Source: Narcine bancroftii (taxonomy: Eukaryota). From it: DNA of 64,000 nt. Under the pieces are notes generated by a model. That model ran no database searches. It saw nothing but the letters and a program-made list of their open reading frames with translations, and had not been told where the DNA came from. Of the stretch, positions 48,401 through 61,529 are shown in pieces. The stretch lies in the NCBI RefSeq assembly GCF_036971445.1, contig NC_091469.1:195672001-195736000 (forward strand), written 5' to 3'. A program made the position numbers and the translations under genes. How positions within the stretch are numbered: position 1 is the stretch's first letter; each line of letters begins with the position of its first letter.

Positions 48401-49439
48401 TTGAGCCAATTCATGCTAAACTGACCACAGTGCAAATATTGTAATTTTACATCTTTGTTAAGGGAAGGCAAGGAGCTAAATGTTTTGTACAAAATATCCA
48501 GATTGTGCCACCTTTCCAGAAATAATAGGATAATTTTCTGTATTCAAAGAGCCAGGTTAGGTTCTGGCCTAAAATATTCCCAAAATTGTTTGCTAAATTT
48601 CGCAGTACAATTGTTACCTGGGCCAAAGATTGGACCACTCTGTGTCTGCAAACAATGAGGTAATCAGTGCAGCAGCATCCAGGCCAGCTGGATGGAAGAT
48701 AAGGCAGGAAGGTCTAATCCAGTTCCATGAATCAATTTTTAATTCTTCATAGCCTGATCATTGCCTATGGGTTAGTTGTGATCAGACTGAAGGCTTATTG
48801 CAGTGATATTGGTTCAGGGCATGGTCTACTCCTGGATATAGTTAACATGGTTTGTTTATAATCATTATTTGTGAAGAGTAAAAATATTAAATAAAATTTA
48901 GATAAAATAAAATGTATATGACACATAATCACATTTTATATGTACAGTGCAGCGCCAATTTTACTTTGGTGTGGCCCTCTGCTGTCACTTTTTGATTTTA
49001 TATCCTAAATCCTAAAACCTAGAATGCACATATTATAGGACAGAAGTTTTATTGCAATACTTTACAATGTATTTTACTTCTACATGACCAAGAAACAGCA
49101 ATGGACCCTGACATTTCACCTTCAATCCTTTGTGTATTTCCAGCACATTAATATACATGCAATAGTGTTTGGCCTCTAGTTATCTTGATCTCCCTTGCAA
49201 CTGGATCAATGGGGTGGAAAAAGAAGCAACCCTCTGGCAAGGGAAAGCTAATCCAGTGGAATCATTCTTCTGACAAAATGCTTGAAGCATGCTCTTGTCA
49301 TCAGAGAGAAAAGTGCAAGGTCCCATGGCAATAGTTTAGTCCAGGCATTGGCACCTGTGAGAATAGAAGTGCAAGATTGCATCTCCATGATACTGATAGT
49401 TCGAGACAGACTACCTCCTAATCCACTGTGTCATCATCA

Positions 49440-51660
49440 ACCTGGCCTCAAAACATCTTTCCACAAGAAAACCAAAGTTGAAGATCTCAAGGAACATGCG
49501 AAAGAATATGTAGCCACCCAAGCCCACCAGAGTTAGCACCTGTGAAGAGACTCATGTCTTCCATCCCATCAACAATTAGATTTAACTTGATAAACAATAG
49601 TAAATCCAGGAGTTAATTCACTGCAAATACAAGTGCTCCTTGTTTAGAAACTCTACCATACCTTAAAATGAAGGAAATAGCAATACAGGCATCTTTAAGA
49701 GGAAGTTTCATCAGAATGCCTGTGGTTTAAATACCAGATAATGGATAAAAACACCACAGGAGGCCCAGAACCAGGCCTTGACATGTGCATGTGTGGTCCA
49801 TCTGTGGCCCAAATATGTGTGAAGGTGAACTTCTGATGGGAGTCAGCATTTCCAAGACCCCCCACAACTGCAATTCTGTCCAAGTGCCTTTAACTTCAGC
49901 TCACAGCCAACCTAGCTGCCATTCCTGATTTACATCCCATCTGGATGATAATCTCAGAAACAGAAATATTTGCAAAGAAAATCTTCAGTCATGAATCCCC
50001 AGCACTCCTCATCTGAGAAGGAATCATGTTCAGGAGCCCCTGAAAATGCTGTTATCACGATCATCTTCGAGAAAGGGAACAAATGGGATTTCCCTGCTGT
50101 CTGAGAATAACTTTTCATAGCAAGACAGAGGAAAATATAAACTATCTCCCATATACAGGGAAATACCTCTCATTAAATGCAGAAGTTGATGATGAAATTC
50201 ACCATCACCTTCAGAGCACTAACACAGCACTTGGTGGACTGAAGAAAAGAGCATCTGAAGATCTACATCTCAAACCCAGCACTAATATAGTGGGCAGCAG
50301 TGATCCCTCTCTTTCTATTAGCATCTGAGACTTGGACTGCCTATGACAAGTATCTCAACACATTGAAGAGATAATCACTATATCTGTCTCTTTCAAATCC
50401 ATTTGAAAGTTCAACTCAATGTCAGTGTCTTCTCCCAGCCCAATGTCCTAGTACCGAGGTCCTAGTTCCACCTAGTCAGACCATTTGACAGGCCACATTA
50501 GCCACATGCACAACAACAAACTCCTGAAACAGGCACTCTATTCTGAGTTATTTATGGGAAGGGATTACCAGGTTTAAAGATTCAAAATCTTCTCAAAATC
50601 CCCTTGAAAATATATAATCAATTTCCATGGGAGAAGTTATGCTCTGGAACGATGAGAAATACAATAAATACGAGGCTGCGTATGATACAATATAATTGGT
50701 TACACAGACTATACATTACACCGCAAAAGTTAAATAAATGGGACCCAACAGTATCTGATAGATGTTTTCGATGTAAAAAAGAAAGGGGAACAACAATTCA
50801 TGCAATCTGGACATGTGAGAGAGTAGAAAAATTTTGGGATGATCTCAATCAGATATTAAATAAAATAACAGAAAACAATATACCAAAGAATCCAGAGATC
50901 TTTCTCCTAAGTAACATAAAAAATAAAGAATTTGGAATTGACTTGGAAGATGCACAAAAAAGATTTGTCAAGATAGCCCTAGCCGTAGCAAAAAAATGTA
51001 TTATGTCAACCTGGAAAATGGAAGATAATTTGAAAATACAACAATGGTATATAGAAATGAATAAATGTATTCCATTAGAAAAAATAACATATAGTTTAAG
51101 AAATAATATTGAAATATTCGAACAAGTATGGGAGCCTTACATTAAATACAATAGCGAAAACCTACCGGGAACAAACATTACCTAAGTTGATGGAAGGAGA
51201 AGAAAAGAAAAGAATGGACTAAGTAGAATTTCTGGTGTATTTTTGTTGAATGACAACATTGTCTAACTGAATTAATGCAACCTAGATTGTATACCTAAAA
51301 TGGATGAGAGGGGGGGGGGTGGGGGGGTGGCTTGGGAGGAGGGAGGGGGGAGGGAGAAAAAGTCACTGTAAATGTGTGGAAAAGAAAAAGTGTACATCAT
51401 GGCTATTGTGATTTATGGTGTGAAAAATAAAAAATTTAAAAAAAAAAAAAAAAAATATATAATCAATTTCCACGAACTTATCCTTGAGTCCATGTGCCAG
51501 GAAAACACAGAAGTGTACAGTAAATGATGGAAGCAATGCACTGCTTCACAACTGCCCACGTACCTCACCCAGCCACACCTCCTGCCCCATTGATGTAGAA
51601 TTTGCAGTTCCCATATTGCCTTAATCAACAACTGCAGAATCCAAAGAACGACCATAAATG
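49440..51660 (+). mobile_element. Old RTE-clade LINE remnant, interrupted by an L1 at 50628-51451
   Basis: ORF 50083..50328 YLPYTGKYLSLNAEVDDEIHHHLQSTNTALGGLKKR corresponds to RTE FxYLG..IDDEIxxRL..AFGRL. The left boundary is approximate. Confidence 0.7.
50628..51451 (+). mobile_element. Young 5'-truncated L1: intact ORF2 C-terminus, 3' UTR and poly(A)
   Basis: TSD aaaatatataatcaatttcca at 50607-50627 and 51452-51472; open frame with QYNWLHRLYITP and the CFRC..HAIWTC zinc knuckle; 3' UTR nearly matches 1092-1480. Confidence 0.95.
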
Positions 51661-53694
51661 TGAGTTATTCTCAACCCCACGATGTCACTAAATAGAGGAA
51701 ACTTTCCATGAACAGGGTTCTGTATTTTGTCGGATACAGTTGCTAAAGGTAAAATTTTACCCCTTGTGACTGACTCCCTCCATAAGATAAACAAATGTTT
51801 CATTAAAGTCATGTAAAAATACTTCAATTGATTCACTTCTGATGCCAGGTTTTCAATTTGGCAAAGCAAATAGATTGATACCATAGTTCTTCAATCCTGC
51901 TTTCACAAAGCTCCCAGCTAAATTATACTAGAGCAAAGGAAGAGTAGACATTCCAAGAGATGTATCCAATGTTTAAACCGACTTTCATCTGGTCAGATTA
52001 TGCGGGATTCTGTTTTCTAGCTGTTGTGTTACTGACTGTACTGGAGTTTTGTGCAGAGCCACAGAATGGAAGACACAGCCAATACTCTCAATTCAACTCA
52101 ATAAACCAGGAACCAATGTCATGAAAGATGGCACAGCTTAAACAAACTGTTAGATAAGCCAACCTCATATTTCTATGGTCAGTAGATATGTTACAAAGCC
52201 TTGGTGTGCAGCCCAGTGCAAGTTAACTGCTGAGCAGTGTCAAGTGCTCAAACAATCTAACATCTTTTTTTATCCATAGCCACACATAGTCATCTGGGAT
52301 CCATTATAGCTGTAATTTACAACAGTGAGCCTAAAATCTTTCCATATCTTTAAAGAGATTCACACAGTGAAGTAGCAAAATTGATGATGAACAATCATTT
52401 AATTACACCCAAGATGGACTGTAGTTTTTCTGCTGCACTGTGAAACTGCACCTTCAATTTGCCAATATATCGAGATTACTTATCTGCTTGCACGACTAGT
52501 TGCCGCTCAACCACACATAGGACATGGTCCCAAAGAGGAGGAGAAGACTTTAGAAATTTGCTGTCCTGAGCACACTAAAAGGATGTTATCTGAAAAAAAT
52601 GCTAAAGGGATCAAGTGGCAAAGAACTGGGAACCATTTGTCACAATGAGGAATTGGACAATTGGAAAGACCCCAAGTTATGATGTAATGAAAATTCAACA
52701 CAAATCATATTTTGTTTTCAAATAATTTCTCTCTCTTTTAATAGCAATGTGAATCCAAACCAGGAACCTCTCTCAACATGAATAAGTTACTAACAGTGAA
52801 AATAAAGTGACCTGAAATTGACAATAATTTTCTGTCATATTGAAATCATACTGCAACACATTTGACACACTTGCCAAAGACAGCCTGTCTGTCGGCCAGT
52901 ATTAAAAGTTACCTTGATGACTTGTGTGATAATTTCATTTCAAATTCCTTAGCAGACCTTGAATGATCATATACACAAATACAATGTATGGATGCAATGA
53001 AATTCTTGCTCATTGCAGCTACACAGGTATATAAATCACACAAATATTAAATATAAATTAAATTAACAAAATTTACCATGAGGAAAAAAATACTATATAT
53101 GATAAATATAAAAGGATAGATAAGTATTCACTGTTGCAGTTTGGGCAAAAAAATGTGTGGTTCAATATTGCAACAGATCTTTGCTGGTACTGGTGAGTGT
53201 TATGGCAAGGGTAGTACAGGGAGGTTGAAGACCCTGATGCTTTTGAACAAAGGAAAATCTCCTGTGTTGTGTCACTTTTTAAAAACCATTATTTTTTCTT
53301 TTTGTAACCTCAATTTCTCTTGCGCAAACTTAGGAAGATAACTTCCTCCCAGGATCCTACCATAGTAGAGTTGTGTCACTATTTTTTAAGGGCCCTGAAT
53401 AATTTCGTAATACATATTCTAGGCTTATGCTTGACATCTCTGTCATGGTGACAATTAGATCAAAAACTATCAGCTGTACAGAACGAATAATTGCTGTTAC
53501 AGTAGTATTGTATGTTTAAAACTCACTGTCCATTGCAGGTCATGGGTAAAAAAAATCTTTAAAATCTCATTGCAAGTTACATAACTGTGAAGGTAAAAGT
53601 GTAATTAAATGAATGTTCATATAATGGTTATCCATTCTCAAAAAATTGCTGACATTACAATTCAAATAATTCTAAATGTTAAATCAATATGTTA

Positions 53695-55052
53695 CATGGG
53701 TAGAAATAGAACTAAATGTTGTTCAGAATACTTCAATGTTGGCAATTTTAGGGTCCTCTTAAACTTCTTCCCTATATAAATTAACTGATAATCTGATAAT
53801 TAAACACAGTTTGAGAATATGGGCACAATTTAGAAGGTTTTTTTTAATTTCTAAGTTTTTCTCTTGCCAGCTCAATTATATCCAATTATATCCAAATAAC
53901 ATTCTTTGCAAGACTCTCCCTTTAATGACTGGCATAGAATTGGGCATTAAATGTTTTAAAGACCTTTTCTCATTGACAACAATTTTGCATCTTTTGAACA
54001 ACTAGTGGTAAAATTTAACTTATTTAAAATTCACTTTTTTGGATATTTACAAATCAGACACTTCAGTTCAATCTCAGATTTCTGTTTTTCCTGTAATCCC
54101 TGAGGTGAATATTCTTGATAATTTTTTTGAACTACAACCTCCTTATAAAAGCTTAATATCTCTTATTTATGACAAAGTGGTTAACTTAAGACAAGCCTCA
54201 TTAGTTAAAATCAAGAACATCTGGGAACAGGATTTGAACCTTTCGCTCTCCAATGAGGTTTGGGATTCTATTTTTAATTTGATTAACACTACTTCCTTTT
54301 GTGCACAGCATTATTTGCTGCAATTTAATACAGTCTACAGAGCACATATGGCTAAAGTTAAACTGTCCCATTTTTATTCAGATATAAATCCTTTATGTAT
54401 CAAATGTAAAATAGGTGATGCCTCTTTAATTCATATATTCTGGACTTGCCTTAGCTTAGAAAAATTTTGGAAGGATGTTTTTCTAACATTATCGGCTATT
54501 ATAAATTTAAAATTGGAACCTTGCCCTGTAATTGCTCTATTTGGAATATCTCAAGATCTTGATGTATTTACTGACTTCCATTCAGAGCTGAATTTTATCT
54601 TTTACTTTGTTGATACCCAGACATGCAATTTTGATCAAATGGAAAGATAATACCTCACCTACACATGCACAGTGGCTAAATGATATTATATCTTGCTTAA
54701 ATCTAGAAAAAAAATATTAAAGATTCAAATATTAAATTCCAAAAGACATGGGGCTCATTTATCGACTACCATCATAATCTTAAGATTTAGTGTTGTTCAG
54801 AAATTTTGGCGCGGTGCTGTCCCTCTCCATGAAGTTGTTACTTAATTCATAATTAAGTCCATTTTCAACCTTGCTTTTGTGTTTAGTTTTGTTATTATGA
54901 TGTTTTATTTCATTATTAAGAATGTGCTCTGGATTTCATAATTATGATCATATTTGTAATTTTTTTTCTAATTTTGTAGCACATTGTATAATTATTCCAT
55001 TCAATTTTTATTACTTTAAATACCAATAAAAATATTTTAAAAAGAAAGAAAA
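53695..55052 (+). mobile_element. 5'-truncated L1 3' portion (family related to the insert at 6977)
   Basis: ORF 54039..54650 has WEQDL..LLQFNTVYRAH..CIKC..HIFWTC; AATAAA and A-rich tail; flanking repeat caatatgtta at 53685-53694 and 55053-55062. Confidence 0.88.
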
Positions 55053-56629
55053 CAATATGTTAAAAATAATTCCTTACACCATCAGCAATTACCATCAATG
55101 TATTCTGACTTTTCATGGCTGCTGTTAGCAATTATCCCAGAAGCAATTGTAAAAGATTTTTAGCTGAACTAGACAGTTCCTATCTGAATGGATGCACATT
55201 TTATTATATCACAGTATTTTCATTGTCAGTTTCACCAGAAAAATCAATTACTCTCCAGAGTCCAATAGCACCACAAGCAACTCTTTTTTTTTCTATTAAT
55301 ACATTCTGAGCTCATGTGCTTTGCAAGGATACACTTACTTATTGTCCATCCCAAGACGTCTTGAGACCTGGTGGAAACCCTCTTAAACTGCTGCAGTCAA
55401 TGTAGTCAATGTGTTATCAGAGGGCGGTTTATAGGAAGATCCAAGATTTATTAACGGATTAATGCAAGGATTATGAAGGAACTCTGATATATGTTCTAAT
55501 CAGGGCACTGTGTGAGGGGGAAGGGATCCTAAAAGTAAAGATGTCCCTGTGTTCTTTCCTGATGATGAAATTTATTGGTTTGTGAGGTCCTTCAAAACCT
55601 TGGTGAATCACTGCATGTATCCTGTAAATAGTGTAAATAGCTTAATAATGCAATGATAATAGAAAAAGAGAATGTTTAGGCTTTTGGTTGATGTGTCAAT
55701 GAAATAGCCTGTGGTCCTAGTTGCTGTTAAGTGTCTATGATGGTAATTACATTGAATATTTTGAAAATGCGATTGAACTCTGCTTTGCTGGGCATATCTA
55801 GATGCTGTCCAGATCTTACTACATGTGAATATACATTATGATACTATCACAGCCTAAATGGAAATAATCAACTCAGTCATTCCAAGGTCTGTGCAGTCAT
55901 CACTCCAACCAATGCTTTCACAGTCAGGGACATCTATATTATGTCTTCCCAGTTCCTTTTCATTTGAGTGGAACTATCAATTTAAGAGAACAAATCAAGC
56001 TGTAAGTCCTACGACCTTTGAGATTGACTGTGGACAGTGTGTAATTAAATTCTCTACTTCTGAAGAGAGAGGAAGTGGTCCTGGAAACACAGGTGCAGAG
56101 ACCATGTGACCAACATGTTAAAGAAACACTGTTTTATTGGGGGCCATTTTAAAAAAGCAGCACTTAAAGGTGCATCTCTTTGAAGGTATACTATGCTGAA
56201 CTAGCCTCTTGTTAATAAACAATTTGTTTGATATCTCTCTGTAAGGAGAATAAGTACACCCCACCATGCCAAAGGAACAGTCATTTTTGAAGAGGGATTA
56301 GAGCGCCACACCATGACCAAAAGGGAAGGTCACTATTTTGGCTGACCCATGAAAGGGTTCTGGATGCTTTGTGAAAATCACTCACTTTGTTTCCCCTACA
56401 CCAGGAAAAGGGGAGTTTTGGTTACCATGCATCTGAAAAGAACATTTCTCTGGAAGCACCTTGACAAGAATTGAGTTTACAACAGTCTGCTACCCCGGTT
56501 TCTCCCACCCACTCCATGATTACTTTTTTAATCAATTTAAAGTCTGTGTGTCAACCCTGGGTTTTCTGAGACTGGACTTTGAACTGACATATCAGAATTG
56601 GGCCTGAAATGTAATAGTTTGGGTATTTT

Positions 56630-56631
<2 letters not shown>

Positions 56632-56670
<39 letters not shown>
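56632..56670. repeat. (CA)n microsatellite inside the LTR
   Basis: Visible directly; the equivalent site in the second LTR (62548-62580) is an interrupted (CA)/(CG) tract. Confidence 0.95.
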
Positions 56671-56676
<6 letters not shown>

Positions 56677-57490
56677 GTTGGGGGTTTCATTTAGATAAGT
56701 TAGATAAAGTGTTATATTATTAGTGATTAATAAATTAAAATATTATTTTAAATATAACACTTTCTTGACTAATTTTCTATTGCTACTCTCTGAGTATGTA
56801 ACAAAATTGGAGGGCTCATTTGACATCACACCAAATTGGGAGCTGAGTGATTGATTAATTTTTAATTTAAGTTATTAGAATTTTTTAGCCAATTAAAAAG
56901 GTTTATATGTGGAATAACAGCAGCGATGGACATTGATAGGTTTTTAAGATCATCTACCTTTGGAGAGTTTCAGGGGGCGAAAAAGAGTGAGCTGTTGACT
57001 TTCGCACTAAAGTTGAAATTTGCAGTGGTAGAACAATCAATGAAAAAGGCAGAGATCCAGAAAGTTACAGGTGTCTATTCTGTATTAAAAGGGAAGTACG
57101 AAGAGAAAGAGCGAACACAAAGGCAGTTTGAGTTAAACAAACTTCAATTTGAGGTTGAGAGAGAGAAGATAAACAGAGATGCAGAGGCAAAAGCAGTTTG
57201 AGCTAGAATTAGAAGCCAAGAAACAGAAGTGTTTTGAGCTAGATTTAGAAAAACTTAGAAGGGAGAAAGCCGAGAGGTAAAGAGTGTTTGAGGAAGAAAT
57301 GGAAACTTGGCAAGAATCTGCTGAATGAGCAGATAAGTATGTTTTAACCCACAGGGTTGTGCCAAGTGGAACCTTCCAGAGGGGTAAGGTGGAATATCCA
57401 CCTAAGTTTTTTTAAAAAAACAAATTGTCCCTGCTGTGAGGTTGACTGCCAAGCCAGGCAGTGATATAAACCAAGTCAGATTCAGATGTA

Positions 57491-58133
57491 CAGGTACTCC
57501 CTGACATGCAACCTATACAACTTACAACCATCTTCACATATATATTTTTTTCATAAAAAAATATAAAATTTACATGGTTTATATTGTATTTGACAAACTA
57601 TGACAGGGATACAGGGCATGTAAGAGCCAAATGTGCATATTTAGCTTGTTATTCAGCGTCCTGGGGTCCATAGGCTGGGCATGGCCATTTTGATTACTGT
57701 GCACATGCGCGAGTCTTCGGTTGGCACATGTGCGGTGGGTTCACGTATGGGAGTTTGGTTGGTGCATGGGCGAGAGCTAAGGGCATGAATTCAATGTCGT
57801 AAGGGTGCTTAACTTTCGCATACGCCAACTGAACTCCCATACGTGAACCCACCGTGCATGCACCAACCGAAGACTCACGCATGTGCAAAGAAATCAAGGT
57901 GGCTGTGTCCCACCTATGGACCCCAGGATGCTGACTAACAAGGTAAGAACACAAAATTTGGTTCTTACATGCCCTGTATTCCTATTATAATTTGTCAAAT
58001 GCAACATTTGATTAAAAAGTTTGCTTTAATAATTTGGTACTCCATGTGCATGGGCAAAATTCTAACTTACATACATTTCAAGATACAACTGATCCTTCAG
58101 TCCCAATTGCAGTTTTAAGTCAGGGTGTACCTG
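57491..58133. mobile_element. Tc1/mariner-pogo (Tigger-like) MITE with a long internal palindrome
   Basis: TIRs caggtactccctgac / gtcagggtgtacctg; TA TSD at 57489-57490 and 58134-58135. Removing it restores the host frame DSDVYSACAVTRAM. Confidence 0.88.
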
Positions 58134-61100
58134 TATATTCAGCCTGTGCAGTGACGCGAGCTATGTCTAAAAAGAAGCTTGCCAGTGCAGACGGTTTGAA
58201 CCAGAGTTCTAGTGTTAAACCTGAGAGTAAGAATTTGCCATTGTCCTAAAAAGCATTCATAGCAGGGCAGAACAGAGATGCTGATCTTGCTAAGGTGAGA
58301 GATAAGGCTCCCTCTTAAGAGGAAATTAAGACAGTGCTAGTTGGATATTATTTTAAGGGAGGGGTGCTAATGAGGAAGTGGAGATATTTGATATCCCTGC
58401 CAATGAAGAATGGGCAGTTGTTCACCAGGTTGTAATTCCTAAAGCCTATAGGGATGAGAATTTTAACATTGGCCCATATATAGCATGCCCTTGGGTGGTC
58501 ATCTTGGTGTAAAGAAAACAATGTATAAGATTATGAATCAATTTTATTGACATAGTCTAAGAAAATATGTTGTGACGTTTTGCTGGACATGTCACATTTG
58601 TCAGGTTGTGGGGAAACCTTATCAGAGTCACCTAGTGGCTCCTTTAAAATCTATTTCTGTTTTTTGGAAACCCTTTCCTAAAGTTATTGTGGATTGTGTT
58701 GGCCCATTGCTCAAGACAAAAGCTGGGATTTAGTATTTGTTAACTGTCATGTGCACAGCCTCCAGATTTCCAGAAGCAATGCCACTTAAAAATATTAAAC
58801 CTAAGACTGTGTCAATTGCTCATGTGAAATTTTTCACTTTAGTTGGTTTGCCAAAAGAGATCCAATCAGACCAGAGAAGTAATGTTATGGTTTATAAATT
58901 GAGAGTGAACTAGATCACATCATCTGCATATCATCCAGAATCTCAAGGGGCCTTGGAGAGGTTCCATTTGACTTTCAAAACCATGATGAGGACCTTATGT
59001 GTTGAAAATGTGAAAGATTGGGATGAGGATGTTCATTTGCTTTTGTTGGCAGTAAGAAAATCTGTACTAGAATCATTAGGTTTTAGCCCTTTTGAGCTGG
59101 TGTTTGGACACCAAGTTAGAGGACCTTTACTGTTGTTGAAGGAACAATGGGTTAATGAGCATGTGCAGTTGAATTTGTTAGATTATGTCTCAAAATTTAA
59201 AGATCATTTGCAGAAAGTCTGTGAATTAGCCCAATAGAATTTGAAAACAGCTCACGGGAAAATTAAGATCTGGTATGATAAAAAGGTAAGGATGAGAACT
59301 TTTAAACCGGGGATAAACTATTAATTGGTTGTTGATAAAACTGAGGAGTTTAGGGACCCTGAGATGGCACAAGATGACTCCCGAGAGGATCACTTCAAAT
59401 AAAACATTGTCCCAGTTCTTCTGTCTAATTTGATTATTTTGCAGAATGTGGGTGCTAAGTTGGCTCATCTACAGCCCCAGGAAAAGGAACAGGAACCTAT
59501 TTCCAAATGTGGCTAAGAGAGCCCGCAATAACTTGTCATAATGTTGATGTTGGAGATGCCAAACCTATCAAACAACATCCATATCGAATGAATGTTGAAA
59601 AGTGCAAACTGGTAGATCAAGAGATTGAATATATGTTAGTCATGGTTACATTAGGTTGGAGTTCACCTGGTGTCCTGGTGCCAAAGTCGGACGAGACGAT
59701 TAGATTTTGCACCGATTATAGAAAAGTTAATGTAGTAATGAAGACAGATGCTTATCCTATTCTTGGATGGATGATTGTGTGGACAAGGTTGGAAAGGCTA
59801 AGTTTCTTACAAAGATGGACTTATTAAAAAGTTCCCTTAATAGAGAGAGGTAGAGATATTTCTGCATTTGTGACTTCATCAGGGTTATATGAATATATTG
59901 TTTTTTCCATTTGGAATGAAAAATGCTCCAGGGACATTCCAAACAATGATTAATTCTGTGATTCAAGGTTTGGAGCAGTTGGATGCTTATTTTGATGATT
60001 TGGTTACAAGGAAGCACATATTTCTGAGTTAGAGAAAGTATTTGACAAACTTTCAAAAGCAAACCTTACTGTTAATTTAGCTAAAAGTGAATTTGGCCAT
60101 GCTACTGTGACTTTTCTTGGCTATGTTGTTGGTCAAGGTGAGTTGGTCTGTCCAGGCAAAGGTTCAGATGATTTCTGAGTTTCCCATTCCCATGGGTAAG
60201 AAAGCTGTTAGGAGGTTTTTGGGAATAGTAGGGTATTACAGAAAATTCTTTAAAAATTTTGGTGATATTGGCTTTCCTTTGACTAACCTTTTGAAGAAGG
60301 GTGAAAAGTTTGTCAGGAAGCATTTGACAAACTGAAAGCCATTTTATGTCATCAGTCTGTGCTCGTCACCCGATGTTGAGAAGCCATTTTCTTTAGCAGT
60401 AGATGCTAGTGATAAAGCTGCAGGAGCAGTGTTTATTACAAAAGAATGGTTGTGATGATATTGACCATCCAGTGGCTTACTCATCCAAGATATCCAATTA
60501 ACATCAAAAGAATCATTCTACTATAGAGAAATAATTATTGTCACTTGTACTGGCTTTACAGAATTTTGATGTTTTTATCAGCACAGCTGAAGGATCACTT
60601 GTATATACTGACTATAAGCCCTTGGTGTTTTTGAGTAAAGTGAAAAACAAGAATAGACTATTGTTAAACTGGAGAGTCATTCTACAGGAATATGATTTCA
60701 TGATAAATTAAAGGCAAGGATAATGTAATTGCTGATTGCCTTTAAAGATGTAAAGTTTACACTGTTACTAAAAATTTTATATTTGTCTTCATTATGTCAT
60801 GTAAATAGTGAATATGTTATTTCAAATATTGTAGGTTGCAGTTAAAATTTTGCCTTACAGCGCAAAATATTTTCTGTTGGTGGGTCCTATTGTGTGCTCT
60901 CAGTTAATTTTCATTTGAATAGGACTGTCACTTTAAGAGAACAAATCAAGGTGCAAGCCCTGCAATCTTTTGACATTGACTGTGGGATGACAGGCTGGGG
61001 ACAGTGTGTAATTAAATTCTCTGCTTCTGAAGAGAGAGGAAGTGGCCCTGGAAAACACAGGTGCAGAGACCATGTGATCAATATGTTAGAGAAAATGTAC

Positions 61101-61529
61101 TTGATTTGATCAGTGGCCATTTTAAGGAAGCAGCACTTGGAGAAGCATTTCTTTGAAGGGATACTGTGCTGAAGTGGCCTCCTATGTTAATAGACAATTG
61201 GTCAGATATCTCTCCGTAAGGAGAATGAGTACACCCCACCATGGCCAAAGGAACTGTCACTTTTGAAGGGGGATTAGTGTGCCACACCATGACCAAAAGG
61301 GAAGGTCACTATTTTGGCTGACCCATGAAAGAGTACTGGAAGCTTTGTGAAAATCACTCATGTTGTTTCCCCTACATCAGGAAAAGGGGAGACCCGAAAA
61401 GGACATAACTCTGGAAACACCTTGACAAGAATTGAGCTTACAACAGTCTGTCACCTCAGCCTTTCCCACCTACCCCATGATTACTTTTTTTGAATACTTT
61501 AAAGCCTGCATGTCAACACTGGATTTTCT

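Noticed and set aside
52020-52650. Plus-strand exon-like segments after AG acceptors at ~52020 and ~52520
   Set aside because: The open frames end in stops without good donors, and the peptides are unrecognisable.
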